64,000 nucleotides of DNA. It comes from Tricharina praecox. Taxonomy: Eukaryota. Shown one piece after another: positions 26,301 to 38,147 of this stretch. The notes under the pieces were generated by a model that saw only the letters and a program-made list of their open reading frames with translations, was not told the DNA's origin and made no database searches. Location: contig NW_026250416.1 of assembly GCF_024521635.1 (NCBI RefSeq), forward strand, positions 310,001 through 374,000, given 5' to 3'. The translations under genes and the position numbers were made by a program. Every line of letters starts with the position of its first letter. The first letter of the stretch is position 1.

Positions 26301-26674
26301 GCTGGCCCACACAGCTCCGGCCTCCATCCAGTGGTCCTCGTCCGCCAAGGGAAACGTTTCCACCATCACCACCCACCACTACAATTGCACCACCTTCACA
26401 ACCACCACCACCACCTCCTCCCCGTCCAGTCCGGCATCCAGCACCAAGAACTGTGCCTCTCTCGCTCGCTCCTTTTGCTGTTCGCTCACGCATTAGCTCC
26501 TGAGCTTAACCTATCAGATGCAATAATCGGCATCTCACCTGGAACGTCTTCGCTCGCGTACTAGTGGTTATATCTTTGTGTTCCCGGACGCGGACGATCT
26601 GCCCGTATCCTTGTCCGCAGTTTTCCCTAACGCAAAGGACACTGGCAAATTTCAAGCAGCTGTGTGATCCAAAG

Positions 26675-26680
26675 TATAAA
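26675..26680 (+). promoter_or_regulatory. Candidate TATA box (TATAAA) of the 27155 micro-protein gene
   Basis: It is followed by a pyrimidine stretch and a C/A-rich leader of about 450 nt with no ATG before 27155. Confidence 0.5.
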
Positions 26681-27154
26681 GCCGTTACTTCGCCTTTTCC
26701 ACACCCGGTCCTTCTTGAACTCGGCAGCCGATCACGACGGACCACACTCACCACCTCTACCACCACCACCCACAACCACTACCACCACCACCACTAGACC
26801 TCCTTCCACGATAATACAAAAACCCCCCTCGCACCCCCACATTACACTGCAATACTCCACACTGCTCTACTCCACACTACACATCTACAGCAGTTTCCCC
26901 CCTCACTCCATTACCGTCGCCGCGCGCACCGTGACCATCCACATACATCCATAACAGCCTTATAACAACCCACCACCCCCCTTCCTCGATACATCGTCCT
27001 GCGATACCGCAAGAGGCTAGCCGGCACGGAAAAACGAAGAAAGCTGCAACGTCAATTCAGAACCACACACATCACATCGACTACCACATAACTACATCAC
27101 ATCCACAACCCATTTCATTCCACCCATACGCCACACGGCTGTCCCACAAGCACA

Positions 27155-27325
27155 ATGTGCACACGATACACACACCTCTTCACTTGCGGCCACTACACCA
27201 TCTCCACGGTTACGTGCGCACAGGCACGATCGCAAAAAGCAAAATGCAACGTGTATAAAGAAAAAGAGGTCGACCAAGAATACGAGTGCGACGCCTGCGA
27301 GATTGCTGTCACCAGCAAATCGTGA
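27155..27325 (+). CDS. 56-aa Cys/His micro-protein, putative zinc-binding: MCTRYTHLFTCGHYTISTVTCAQARSQKAKCNVYKEKEVDQEYECDACEIAVTSKS
   Basis: Manual translation; the ORF is below the 60-aa track cutoff. The start context is CACAATG and this is the first ATG after position 26520. The MC-x8-CGH...C...C...CxxC pattern resembles small uncharacterised ascomycete proteins. The ORF sits at the switch from C/A-rich (5'UTR-like) to G/T-rich (3'UTR-like) composition. Confidence 0.8.
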   Translation: MCTRYTHLFTCGHYTISTVTCAQARSQKAKCNVYKEKEVDQEYECDACEIAVTSKS

Positions 27326-27446
27326 AGACCCCCCAATTCGATATCACGGGGTCGTGGTGGAGGACGAGGAGAGGGGAGAAAGGAGAGCGTTGTAGGGGGG
27401 AGGGGAGGGGAGGGGGGGAGATTTCAAAATGGCGCCTGGAGTTTTG

Positions 27447-27544
27447 GTGAGCTCAGCTTTCTTTCCCTTTCTTTTCTTTTTTGCTTGCACTTGTAACCAT
27501 TCCGCATTGGAAATACCGGTCTAACATCTGCATCGTATCTCCAG
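27447..27544 (+). other. Canonical spliceosomal intron downstream of the micro-protein stop codon (3'UTR intron, or intron of a second 41-aa ORF at 27429-27652)
   Basis: Donor GTGAGC at 27447, a long polypyrimidine tract, branch site CTAAC at 27521-27525 and acceptor CCAG ending at 27544; 98 nt long. Confidence 0.7.
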
Positions 27545-28604
27545 GGATTATACAGTTTGCAATTGGCTTTTTTTATTTTTTTTATCTGGAGTATTTTGGC
27601 AGCGGAGCTCATCACTGATTCGGCCTCTTTTTTTCTTCTTCATTTTGCGTAATACACGCAACGTTCAAACAATACCCCGATTTTTCAAGCGGAAGACTCT
27701 GATGTGCATGGGCGTATGTCACGGACAGGAAATTGAAATGTTCAAGGTTCGGATTCGGTTTCCGAACATACATCGCCGACGATTGGTCTTCCTCTTCTCT
27801 TCTTCTTCTTCTTCTCCTTCTTCTTCTTCTTCTTTCTCTTCCACTCGTTTTTCTTCCGCTTGTTCTTCTTCTCCGTCCGCTTCTTTCCTTGCCTCCTCTT
27901 GTCGCTCGCAACACCTGTCCCCTGCCAGTCGGCCAGTCGGTACACTTTCGAACTCTGTCCATGTGATCCGGTCCTTACTTAAAGATTGAGGGATTTGGCG
28001 CAGGTTAGAAACCAGGGCTAGAGTTTCTCATTTGTTGGTTTCTCCAGGAGGGGTTTCCTTGTTCTTTCAGTACCGTGCTCTACATTCCTTCACGTTCGCT
28101 CTCGGAGCCTGCCGGTTCGGTTATGGGGCAGGTGGGAAGGGGAGGGGAGGGGAGGGGGGTTACGGGGGACGTTGGCTGGTATGAGGAGCTGCGGAAAATG
28201 CAGAGGGATTCAAATGAAAACACCGCTTTGGCTTTTTTCAAATCATGTGCGCAGCATTCTTTGGGAATTTCATTTACATGCTTTCTATTTTATTTATTCT
28301 TTATTTTTTGTTTGGAATCATTAGATGGACTTTTTTTTGGAGTACGGCGAACTGTTAGTAAATATAGAAGAAAAACCGGTCGCAGTGTTCCTATTCACGA
28401 AACCCTTGTTCGCCACGTGCTACTACTTAACTTTGTTACTCTAGAGTGCTTAATCCGGATCGAAGGTTTCGACCAACTCTACTCTACTCCAGAGTCTAGA
28501 GTACCGGTATCTACTCTAGTTAGTGGCTCACATCCTCTCCTCTCCTCTCCTCTGCTCTCCTCACAAATACCCGCGACATTAACTAGACGCGATCGATTGG
28601 CTTT

Positions 28605-28680
28605 TGTGCGGTGTGCGGTGTGCGGTGTGCGGTGTGCGGTGTGCGGTGTGCGGTGTGCGGTGTGCGGTGTGTGGTGTGCG
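28605..28680. repeat. Tandem repeat (GTGTGCG)x~10
   Basis: Directly visible. Confidence 0.9.
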
Positions 28681-31600
28681 CCGTGCGGGAACGAGAGGGG
28701 GGGACGCGGACGGACACGGGGATGGGGTCGGGGGGACGCTGACGGCGGACGCTGACGCCATCCTGCTCGACGTGGCCATTCCCTCCCTACCGCCCTCCCT
28801 CCCTCACTCCTCCTACCCTGCCTACATAGCATACCTGCCTCCGCTCCGGTAGCTACATATCGCACATACACATCGCACACACACATCGCACATACTTCGT
28901 ACATATACGGTACATATACGGTACATGTAGGTACTTGCTTGAGTACTTATGCTAGCCATCACTCCATCACTCCATCAATCTCATCACTCCGACCTCCGAC
29001 CTCCGACCTCCGGCCTCTGCCCGGCGGTGCTCGCTGGCACCTGGCTGGCTGGCTGGCATATATTGGTGCGACACTGGCTCATGTACTCACTCTACTACTC
29101 TACTACTCTACCAAGAAGTAGCCATTCTCTTTGCCATTTTCCCTCACCTGCGCGGAGTCTGAGCGTTCACGGAGCAGGTTGGTGGTGGGCGGTGGTGGTG
29201 GGGGGGGGGGGGGGGGACGGCGGTTACGTATCGTATCGATCTCCTGCGTGCGTGCGTGCCGACGTGGGGCTACCTACGGTATGCGGTATGCGATTCACGC
29301 GACTCGGCGGGGGGAGAGAGGAAACGTTCGTTTGGTTCATCGCACGCCAGCGCGATCCAGCCAGCCAGCGAGCGCGATCGGATTGCCAGAGAGCGCGATC
29401 GGATTGACAATTGCCTGCTTCTCCGACGAGCGAGAGGGCAGGCAAGCAAGGTTTTCTTCCTTCTTTTTTTGTTTTCTTTTTCTTTTTCTCCGTTATCCTT
29501 CGCACAGCTTCACACATTCCTATTCGTGAATTCGAATCCGAATTCGATTGCGGTAGTGGGTGGAGGGAATGAAGGAGGGGAGGGGGGGGAAGTGGGAGTG
29601 GGAGTGGCCCAGCGTCCTGCAAACTGCACACCAAAACTGCTGCAAACTGCTGCAAACTGCTGCAAACTAATGGGCTGCATGCATGAGTCAAAATCAGCTG
29701 ATAATCCAGTACTCTACGGGCGTGAGGTGGATGGCTGTATGGCTGTATGGATGCGAGTATGTGTGAATGGCTAGATGTGTGGAAGGATAGATGGATAGAT
29801 GGATAGATGGATAGATGTGTGTGTGTGATGTGTGTATGTGTGTATTGTTTTTCGTAAGTTGTTGTTCTACTGTAGAGTAAATAGAGTACGGTAGAGTAGG
29901 TAGAGTAGGTGGGGCAGGTTAGAGTACCCACCTACATTCCTCATGCATACCTGTTTACTCGGCTATATGTGTGTATATGCGTTCTCGCGAGGCGGCGAGG
30001 GAGGCAGAGAGATGTAGATAGAGAGAGAGGGAGGGAGAGGGAGGGAGCCTACGTGGTAGGTAGGTGAGAATGGTGCGTTCTGGTGTTTCACGGCAGCTTG
30101 GTGATGATGGTAGTGATGATGTGTGGGGCTGGATTAGAGAAGCGGAGACCGCCCGCGCTGACCCGCGCATGATAATCCCTGGGGCCGCGTCAATACCAAC
30201 GCGGCTAAAAGCGGATTCGTGAATTTGCGCGTCTGCAGCGTCTGCAGCTCCAGGCGTGCGGCGCGCGGGGGTGGTGGTGGTGGTGGTGGTGGTGGTGGTG
30301 GTTCAGCTGTTGGTGTGGTGTGGGGGGATGGGGGATGGGGGTTGGGGGTTGGGGGTTGGGCCGCGTATGTTTGATTGACTACTGCGGTTCATAACGATGC
30401 GAGGGCGCGTGGTGATGGATGGATGCTCGGCGAAAGGCCCGGTAGATATATTAACGAAGAATGAATGACCCGAGCGTGGATGGATGGTGAACGAATAGGT
30501 ACATAGATGGATGATGGATGGATTCGAAGTGAATCGAAGAGACAGCGAAGAGGATGTCGACCATCTGTCCAGCATCATCATTATCACCATCATCTACCGT
30601 CCGTCCATCCGTCTGACTGTAGTTAACCAAGTAAGTACTTCTTACTTAGAGTATATGTATCTATGCTCTCCCGAGTCCCGCCTCGCGTGATTGGCCCGAT
30701 CGATCGCCCTGTTCCATTCCGTTCTCTCTCTCGGGCTCTTAATCATTCTCACTTGAGCAATATTGCCCAGAGAAAGCGACAGAGAAAAAAGAGTACATAC
30801 GGTACGGTAGAATGTACTCTATTCGACATCCCCTTCGAACGACCGACCGACCGACTTCCACGCACTCTACTCTAACGCTTTCGCCCCGTTAGATGCCTTC
30901 CCGATCAAGAAGAGGAATTGGCAGGTTGCGGCTACCACTGGTCCGTTTCCGTGCAGTTGTTTTTCAGTGCAGAGCAGACCTGTGCAGACTGTGCAGTCGG
31001 CGGCCATGCAAGGACACACGTACGTATTGTACGGTAGGTACTCTACAGTACTCACTCTACAGTACATACACACATACATTGGAAGCGGGGTAGAGTAGTT
31101 CGTTACATAGGATCTGCATGTTGCGCTGAAGATTTCTTTTCTTCTTTTCTTTTTCTTTTCTTTATTTTGGTTCGGCAATTGCTGTGCAGATGGATCATGG
31201 TGGTGCTGGTAGTGGTGGTGGTGGTGGTGCTGGTGCTGGCCGCGCTTTGCTATGTATGATCCATAACGTGCCCTACGGTACTGTAGATACTCTACTCTAC
31301 TCTAGAGCAGGTACGGTAACTACGAACAATTGCCGCCGCCGAGGCACTTTCTTTCTTTCTTTCTTTCTCGCTCGCTCGCTCTCCCGTTTCATTTTCGGCA
31401 GCTGGCGGAGGATCGCCGTTTGCAAAGCAAAGGGCCACGAAACTCACGACAGACGCCTGAAAAACGAGCAATCGGGAAATAGCTGTTGCAAACCTAACTT
31501 GCAGTTCGAAATGAGCGCGGGTCGCGGACGAGAGAGACGCGGCGCGGCGCCGCCGGGCGGGCCTCCGCGTATGTTTAATGTCATATTGCACTTTCTGCTG

Positions 31601-34600
31601 TTGGAACTTGGGGTGAGTGAGTGAGCTCGCAATGACACTCATGGCCGACGATTGGATGGATTGATGGATGGACGGGCAAGCTTAGCTCGGATTGTGGTTG
31701 GAACTTGGCAATGGCAATGGCAATGGGCGGTTGATTGACATTGACTCGCCCATCCCATCCTATCCTCACTCCCCTATCTTCGCCGAAATCTATATACCAG
31801 GTATGTATGAGGTATGCACTGGAGTCTGGAACTTGGAAGGAAGGGCCATGATGGATGGATGGATGAGGCACATTTTTCTCCTCCTCTCTCTCGGACGGAT
31901 AAATCGATAATGGTTTCCACTGTCCGCTGTTCGGTGGGTGGAAGGACCGATTCATCCCGATCTATATGTGTACCTGTGTATGTGATGTGTGTATGTGCAT
32001 GTATTTACATACGAGGATGATTAGCGATAACCACTACCTACTCTGGCAAGCTTCACCCGGCTTTCAAGCTCAAAGTGTCGACGTTTCGTTTCGACGTCGC
32101 GGGGCGGGGCGCCCGCCGAGTTTGTTGTTACTCCTGAAACCGTACGAGCATTGATTGTTGCTTGTTGGTTGTCCAACACTTCGTCTCGTCTCGTGTCGTC
32201 CGTGAATGAAGACGGCGGCGCTGCTCGCCCCTCCCATCTGTGGAGCGTGGCCGGCCTAACGAACGCGAAAGATTGCACTGTCCTGTCGAGACGAGTCGAT
32301 CGAATAGCAGCCCAGTATAGTACAGTATAGTACTAGATGCGGAGGGAAGGGGAGGGGCGGTTTCACAAGATCCAACGTCCCGTAGTTAGTTACGGTGTAA
32401 CAATCATGCAAACTGCCATCGAAGGAAGCCTTATTCATGACCTGACTTTGGATGTGATCCCTGCTTCCGATCAACAATCTACATACTATACTCTGGAATA
32501 GGTAGCATACATTCATACATACGCTATAGGGCGTGTGGGAGGCTCCCGTCAATTGTCTAAACGCCGTCATGTCCAGGGATTGCGGCGGGGGGGTTGTCCG
32601 CCTGGTTGGTGGTGGTGGTGGTGGTGGTGGTGATCAGCCTCTCCGCGCAAGCTGTAGGTACATACTGCTAGTTGGTAGGTAACTAATCGACGGCGCCTCG
32701 GGGAAACCACTGAAGCTTCCCTGAACCTAGATGGCTCGGAATCATTTAATAAATCGTTGAATCGTCAGTGATGCCTTGTAGTCTTGTACATATTATACAT
32801 ATACGCAACACAACAACAACGACGACAACACAACAGCAATAGCAACAACAATCCGTGAATTGAGTGACATAGGTACCTAAATCCCAATGTCTATGAAGAT
32901 CCGTTCGAGTTATTCGTCTTCATCCGCCGTCCAGGGGGGTAGGGAAGACCAGGGTCGACAGCCCGGACAGGCCCCCATCCCTCCCCCCCCCCCGCGAAGT
33001 GCATCTCCGCGAACCGATATCTACCGTCCGCGTTTTTTCCTTCTTTCGCTCTTGGCTTCTTCTTCCTCCTGCGTCATGGCCCGTTCGAGATATATCGATG
33101 CATGTATGTATCGACAACAGCTGCGGACCGGAGCGGAATCTTGGCTGTCCTGCATGCACTACCAGGTATGTAACCTAGGTATCGTGCGGGGTGTTGATGT
33201 CTGTCTATGCTAGGTGTGTATCATACAGTTTCACCCGTCCGCCGCCGCCGACGACGAATAACGAACGAACAACGAACGACGACACGATATGGATGGGAAG
33301 CATACTTACCGTACTTGGGCCATCCCTCTGCCTCTCTGCGACGTAATGCCTGGATCGGCTCACTGGCCCTCGACCGGGTAGTTATGCAGTGCCTGATCAA
33401 ACCGTACCGCTGCAGGTCACAGAACCGCCGTCGCGAACACATCTCATGACACACGATAGTCAACTCAAGCCGATCGATGGACACTGGAGACAGGACAGGG
33501 CAGGACCGGGCGTATATCATAGTAGGGATCTTACTCCATTAGGCCCCTAGCGTGGTCTCCGTTTTTTGCATGTTTGTTTGCCGCCCTCCGGCCATGTAAG
33601 TCGTCCTTTGCATGGGCTGTTGGTTGGCAACTCGGATCCAACCGAATCCAATTGCAAGCCTGCGGAGACAGAGTCCATTCAGCTTCTGTGAGCTCGGCAT
33701 CCCCGTGCCGTTGCCACCGGAGATAAGCACCCGCCAAGCCCGACAAAAAAACGGGCCGCGTCACATTTCCTCACTCGCACTAGGTACTAGTTAGTAACCA
33801 AGTAAGAGGTAACTTACCTTGGTACTTGAGTATGTCTCGGTGCGGTGCCTCCATCATCAACAACAACAATAACCATCGACGTCTTCCCCACGATGGCTGC
33901 CACTTCAGCCTAAAAGACGTTTCACTTCCTCTCGTTCTCTCTTTCTCTCTCTCGCCCTTCTGCCGGTCTGTCAGTGTTGTGTCTGACTCAAAAAATCGCC
34001 GTTTGTGGCGCCTCCCCGCACTACTGCACGAGTAACTATTAGAGTAACCACCCTACCTATCTCCAACTACCTCTACCTGGGTAGGCAGATCGCCGGAGTG
34101 ATCAGACGAACGTTTGATTCGCCAAAACATGCGTTGGGCGCCCTTGCTAGCTCACGCGCGCTGCACATCCCCCGAACTTATCAGCTGCGTGCGTTCCACC
34201 CCAGTCGGAAAGCCAGTGGCAAATGCGAGAGAGACGAACTGCGGGCTTGCAGCTGGAGATGACCACGCCATACGGTATCAAATGCTCTAACGAAAGTCGA
34301 CCGGCCAGTCAGAAGCGCGCCATCGATCCTGCAGTGGTGCCGTTGAGCTTGAAGACTTGAACTTGAAGTGCAAGGGAGATTGGCCGTGCGTGTGCGTGTG
34401 CGTCTGCGTACGTGTATGTGTGCTCATGTGAGATACTCACTCTGCTTTTCAGTGCAGCTACCTAACGTATCGTTGTAACTAACCACCATACATACCCCTC
34501 TCCACTCCAGTCGACTCTCTCTAACCAGGGGTGAGTATGTAGAGTAGAGTACCTTGGGTAGGTCTGTAGGTGTTTGGTAGGGCCTCGCTCGGACCCCACA

Positions 34601-37600
34601 CCGTTCCATGGCTCTCCCCCGCTGCCGCGGCCGCCAGCCCGCCCCCATCCCGTCTCAGAGGGGGGCCTCGCAGGTCAGATCATCGGAATAAACCTGTCTG
34701 TCTGTCTGTATGTCTCGCCGTCCGTTGCCTTAAACAGACGACGACGATGGCCCCGTGTCGGCCACCATTCCATTCGCTGGGTGTTTTGGCCGTAGGTAGC
34801 TATGTGATGTTGCGACTGGATTCGGTCAATCAACCACCAGCTCTCCGCGATGCGATGCATGCGCTGTGCTGTCCGGAGATCGACCACACCTGCTAGTCAG
34901 TTAGTTAGTTTCTGCCTGCCTACAGCTTAGCGACGGCTAGCCTGCTAGTAGCATGTAGCCACAGGACAGGGCAGGGCAGAGCTCGGCTCCAGACTGACAG
35001 CCAGTTAGCCAGCCAGCCAGACCGCCAGCGAGCGAGAGCATCTGCTGTGTTCAACATACCTAGTAGCAGCACTTACCTAGCACAGGTATGTAGGTAGCAT
35101 ATGTACACTACATATATATCTGCCCACAACAGACCATTCCAACAACTTAGGGTCAACGTTAACTGAGGCGGTAAGGCTTCAATCGGATCCCTCCCCCGTG
35201 AGGCATTTTGTGTGGTGCCATGCCGACCGATGATTACCGGTATCATGTATGTATGTATGTACCTAATCTCGTAGTTTGGTATGGTAGAGACGTGGTCTTG
35301 TCGTAGAGGCGAGTAGAAAGAGTCAAACATGTCCCTGCATGGCGTAGTTGCTAACTGCTCTATCCACTCGGGGATGGGTGGTGGAGGTGATGGTGGTGGG
35401 TGTCTCTGCTATCACTCCCTCCTTGGTACATGAATACCAAGTATGTACCGGTATGTACGGCTTCACCGATGTATGATGGCTGCGGCGGCCGAAACGCCTC
35501 AGCAGGTCGGCTTCCGCGCACTGCCACCCGAGTCAGCCAGTAGTATGAATGGGCCAAGTCCAACGTCCGCAATCGCGACAAGGTATCCTATAACACACGG
35601 TATATCGTGTGTGCTCCGTAAACAAAACGTCTTGTCTACATTCCGACTAAGGCGGCGGCGGCGCCACTCGCTCGCTCGCGCCGAAAAGCGGACCCTTGAT
35701 CGGGGGGTTCTTCCGGGGGCCGGTCTGGGGCTGGGGCTTGGGCTTGGGCTGGGCTGCTGGGGGGGCAACCGGCCGCTTCACCTGAAACAGGTCAGTGGTG
35801 GAGCTAGCCATGTAGCCTCGCCGATGTGGATTACCGCGAGTCGACGAAACGAACGGCGTCTGGGGGTTGGATAGATGGAAGGTAATTGCCGACGCCTGAA
35901 AGGCTGAGACCTCCGGACCGGACCTCGTCTAAACCAACCACCTGTGCCGCACAGTCGCAGGCCGGACAGACGCGGCGTCGCAAGCCGCTTTTGCTCACAC
36001 AGGCATCATCCTTGGGCTGGTTGGGGCAGCCGAGCGAGTGAGGCGCTGTGCGCTCTTATTCCTGATCCCTCCCCGGCCCCTTTCCCCTCCCCCCTCCCTC
36101 TCCCCCCCGCCGCTCGGTCCCCCGATCGCGAGCCCCGGCCGGTTCCCGGTATTTCCCCAGGCGAACAACCGTTATTGATGGGCTTCAGCTTTCTCGATCC
36201 GAATTCCCAATGCACATGGCCCTCACTGATATGGCCCCCCTCGATTGCGACCGACGGTTAGACTCAATGATGGACGACGCCACGACTCGCTTCGCTTTGC
36301 GCAGCGGCACTATTAGCTACCTATATGAGTGAGTAGGTTGTTAGTTATCGGCCAGGTCATGGCCCCCCCAAATCTGCCGCATTTGGTCCGCCACTACATG
36401 CGCCGTGATAGCGCCTTGGCAGTTAGGGCGGGCTAACACCGCGAGAAATACGAGTGATGCGCCATGTTCATTCGGTTACTAGGCGGACAGCTCGCATAGG
36501 TAGCTGCCAGTAGCATCACTCTTTCAGCTCACCCAACGTCACCCGAATTTTGGCCCACTCCCACGGTATCCTCTCCGAGCTCCCTTCATTTCACTCCATC
36601 TGTCCACGGTTTGTACGTCAGCTACTGGCGTCGGTGAAGTTGTGTGTGTACATACGTCCCAACGGCTCTGGAAGCTCTGTAGGGTAGGATTCCCTCCTTT
36701 CTGCTCGTGGCGTCGCGGGCTCCGCAGCAGCAGCAGACCAGATTTCTAGTTTGTTTGAATCCTCTCGTAAAGCCCGCTCGATCTGTCACATGCATGTCCC
36801 CCCTCCTAGAGCTGTCGGTCGATTCGTAGTTCAATCTTGCCTCGAGCCGGCAGAACAAACGTCACATGCGGTACGACAGCTTCTGCTTCCGCAGTGATGG
36901 GGATTAGGGTCGTTGCTGTGTATACCAATGATCCGGAAGCGACTTGTGAGCGGCCGCCGGCGGCTCTTTGGTGAGACCAGAGAGTGCTTTTCTAGTACGG
37001 CTTGCAACACGGACGGCAACACGGACGGGATCAGACTCTGAGCCAGATCGGAAGGCGCCTGGTGGTCTCGCGATCTCGACGTTTTAATCGAAAGGCGGAT
37101 CGTCATGGTAATAAGAAGGAAAACGGCGAGAATAGCGAGGACAGATGGTGCGAGATTAGTTGTCAGAGATCTGACACCGGAAAGCGAAGCCGAGAGTCTT
37201 TGCGGTCATCTCTCAGCCGTTCAATCTAAGAGTGCCCTCCCCCCCGTGCACGCTCCTCGCCTTCACCTCCTCGAGAAAGGCAGGAGAATCTACCGTTTTC
37301 TCCTAGTTGGGTACCGCCCGTAGTTCTTCCTGGGTGAGTGCGCTCACCACTTTTGCAGACGACTCCTTTGCCAACACCTCTCAAGGCCGGCATCTGGTCG
37401 AGAGGAGAGCACACACAGAAGAAAGAGGAGATAAAGGTTGATTGTCTATTCAGTAGATGATGATCAAGAGAGAAGAAGAAGAAGACGACGAAGAAGACAA
37501 CCCCGCTGGACCTACTCGGTCGACCCCGCCATGGCCGCCAACGTTAATTCCCACCAACTTTAATGCCCAATACTAACCACATTCGTTTTCTCCCGCCGAC

Positions 37601-38147
37601 AGGTCCTCCTCTCGCTCTGCCACACCATCGGTGCTCCTTCGCCCCTGGATCCGACCAGATCTTGAAGCAAGCTGAACGAGCTCGGCTTCACTTGGGTACG
37701 TATCATGCTGCGTTCCGATCGCACAGACCAGGACATACCACAAGACTTGGAGGAGCGTATTCATCGCTATTCATGATAGTTAGGCTTAGGCTCCACACGA
37801 TGAATGAGAGGGCGGAAAAGTGCTGCGCTCAGACTTGCTTGCTTGCGGTCACGTGTGTGCCCATATCCTGGCAATCTAGAGTACGTACCCAACATCTTTC
37901 TGTGAGAACCACCGCATATTCTCTCGAGTATGTAGAGTAATCAATATTTGCACAGCGGCTCTGCGTTGCATGGGTTACCCCTCAATGCTCTAAACCACTC
38001 ACAGTAATACTGAGGCCTTTCTCCACTGTGAACCTTCACTGTGACCTTGGTAGCTTCGACCGAACTCGTATCCCAAGCAACATTTTGAGGTCATTACATA
38101 GCTACTTCTCCCTCAATATCGTGGCGGACCTACTACGGACAACAACA

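Noticed and set aside
7778-26500. Numerous 60-250 aa ORFs listed across the desert
   Set aside because: They are low-complexity, mostly have non-ATG starts, overlap on both strands, and show no domain motifs or codon bias.
27749-27769. Small hairpin GTTCGGA-TTCGGTT-TCCGAAC in the putative 3'UTR
   Set aside because: A 7-bp stem is expected by chance in 64 kb, and there is no tRNA or snoRNA context.
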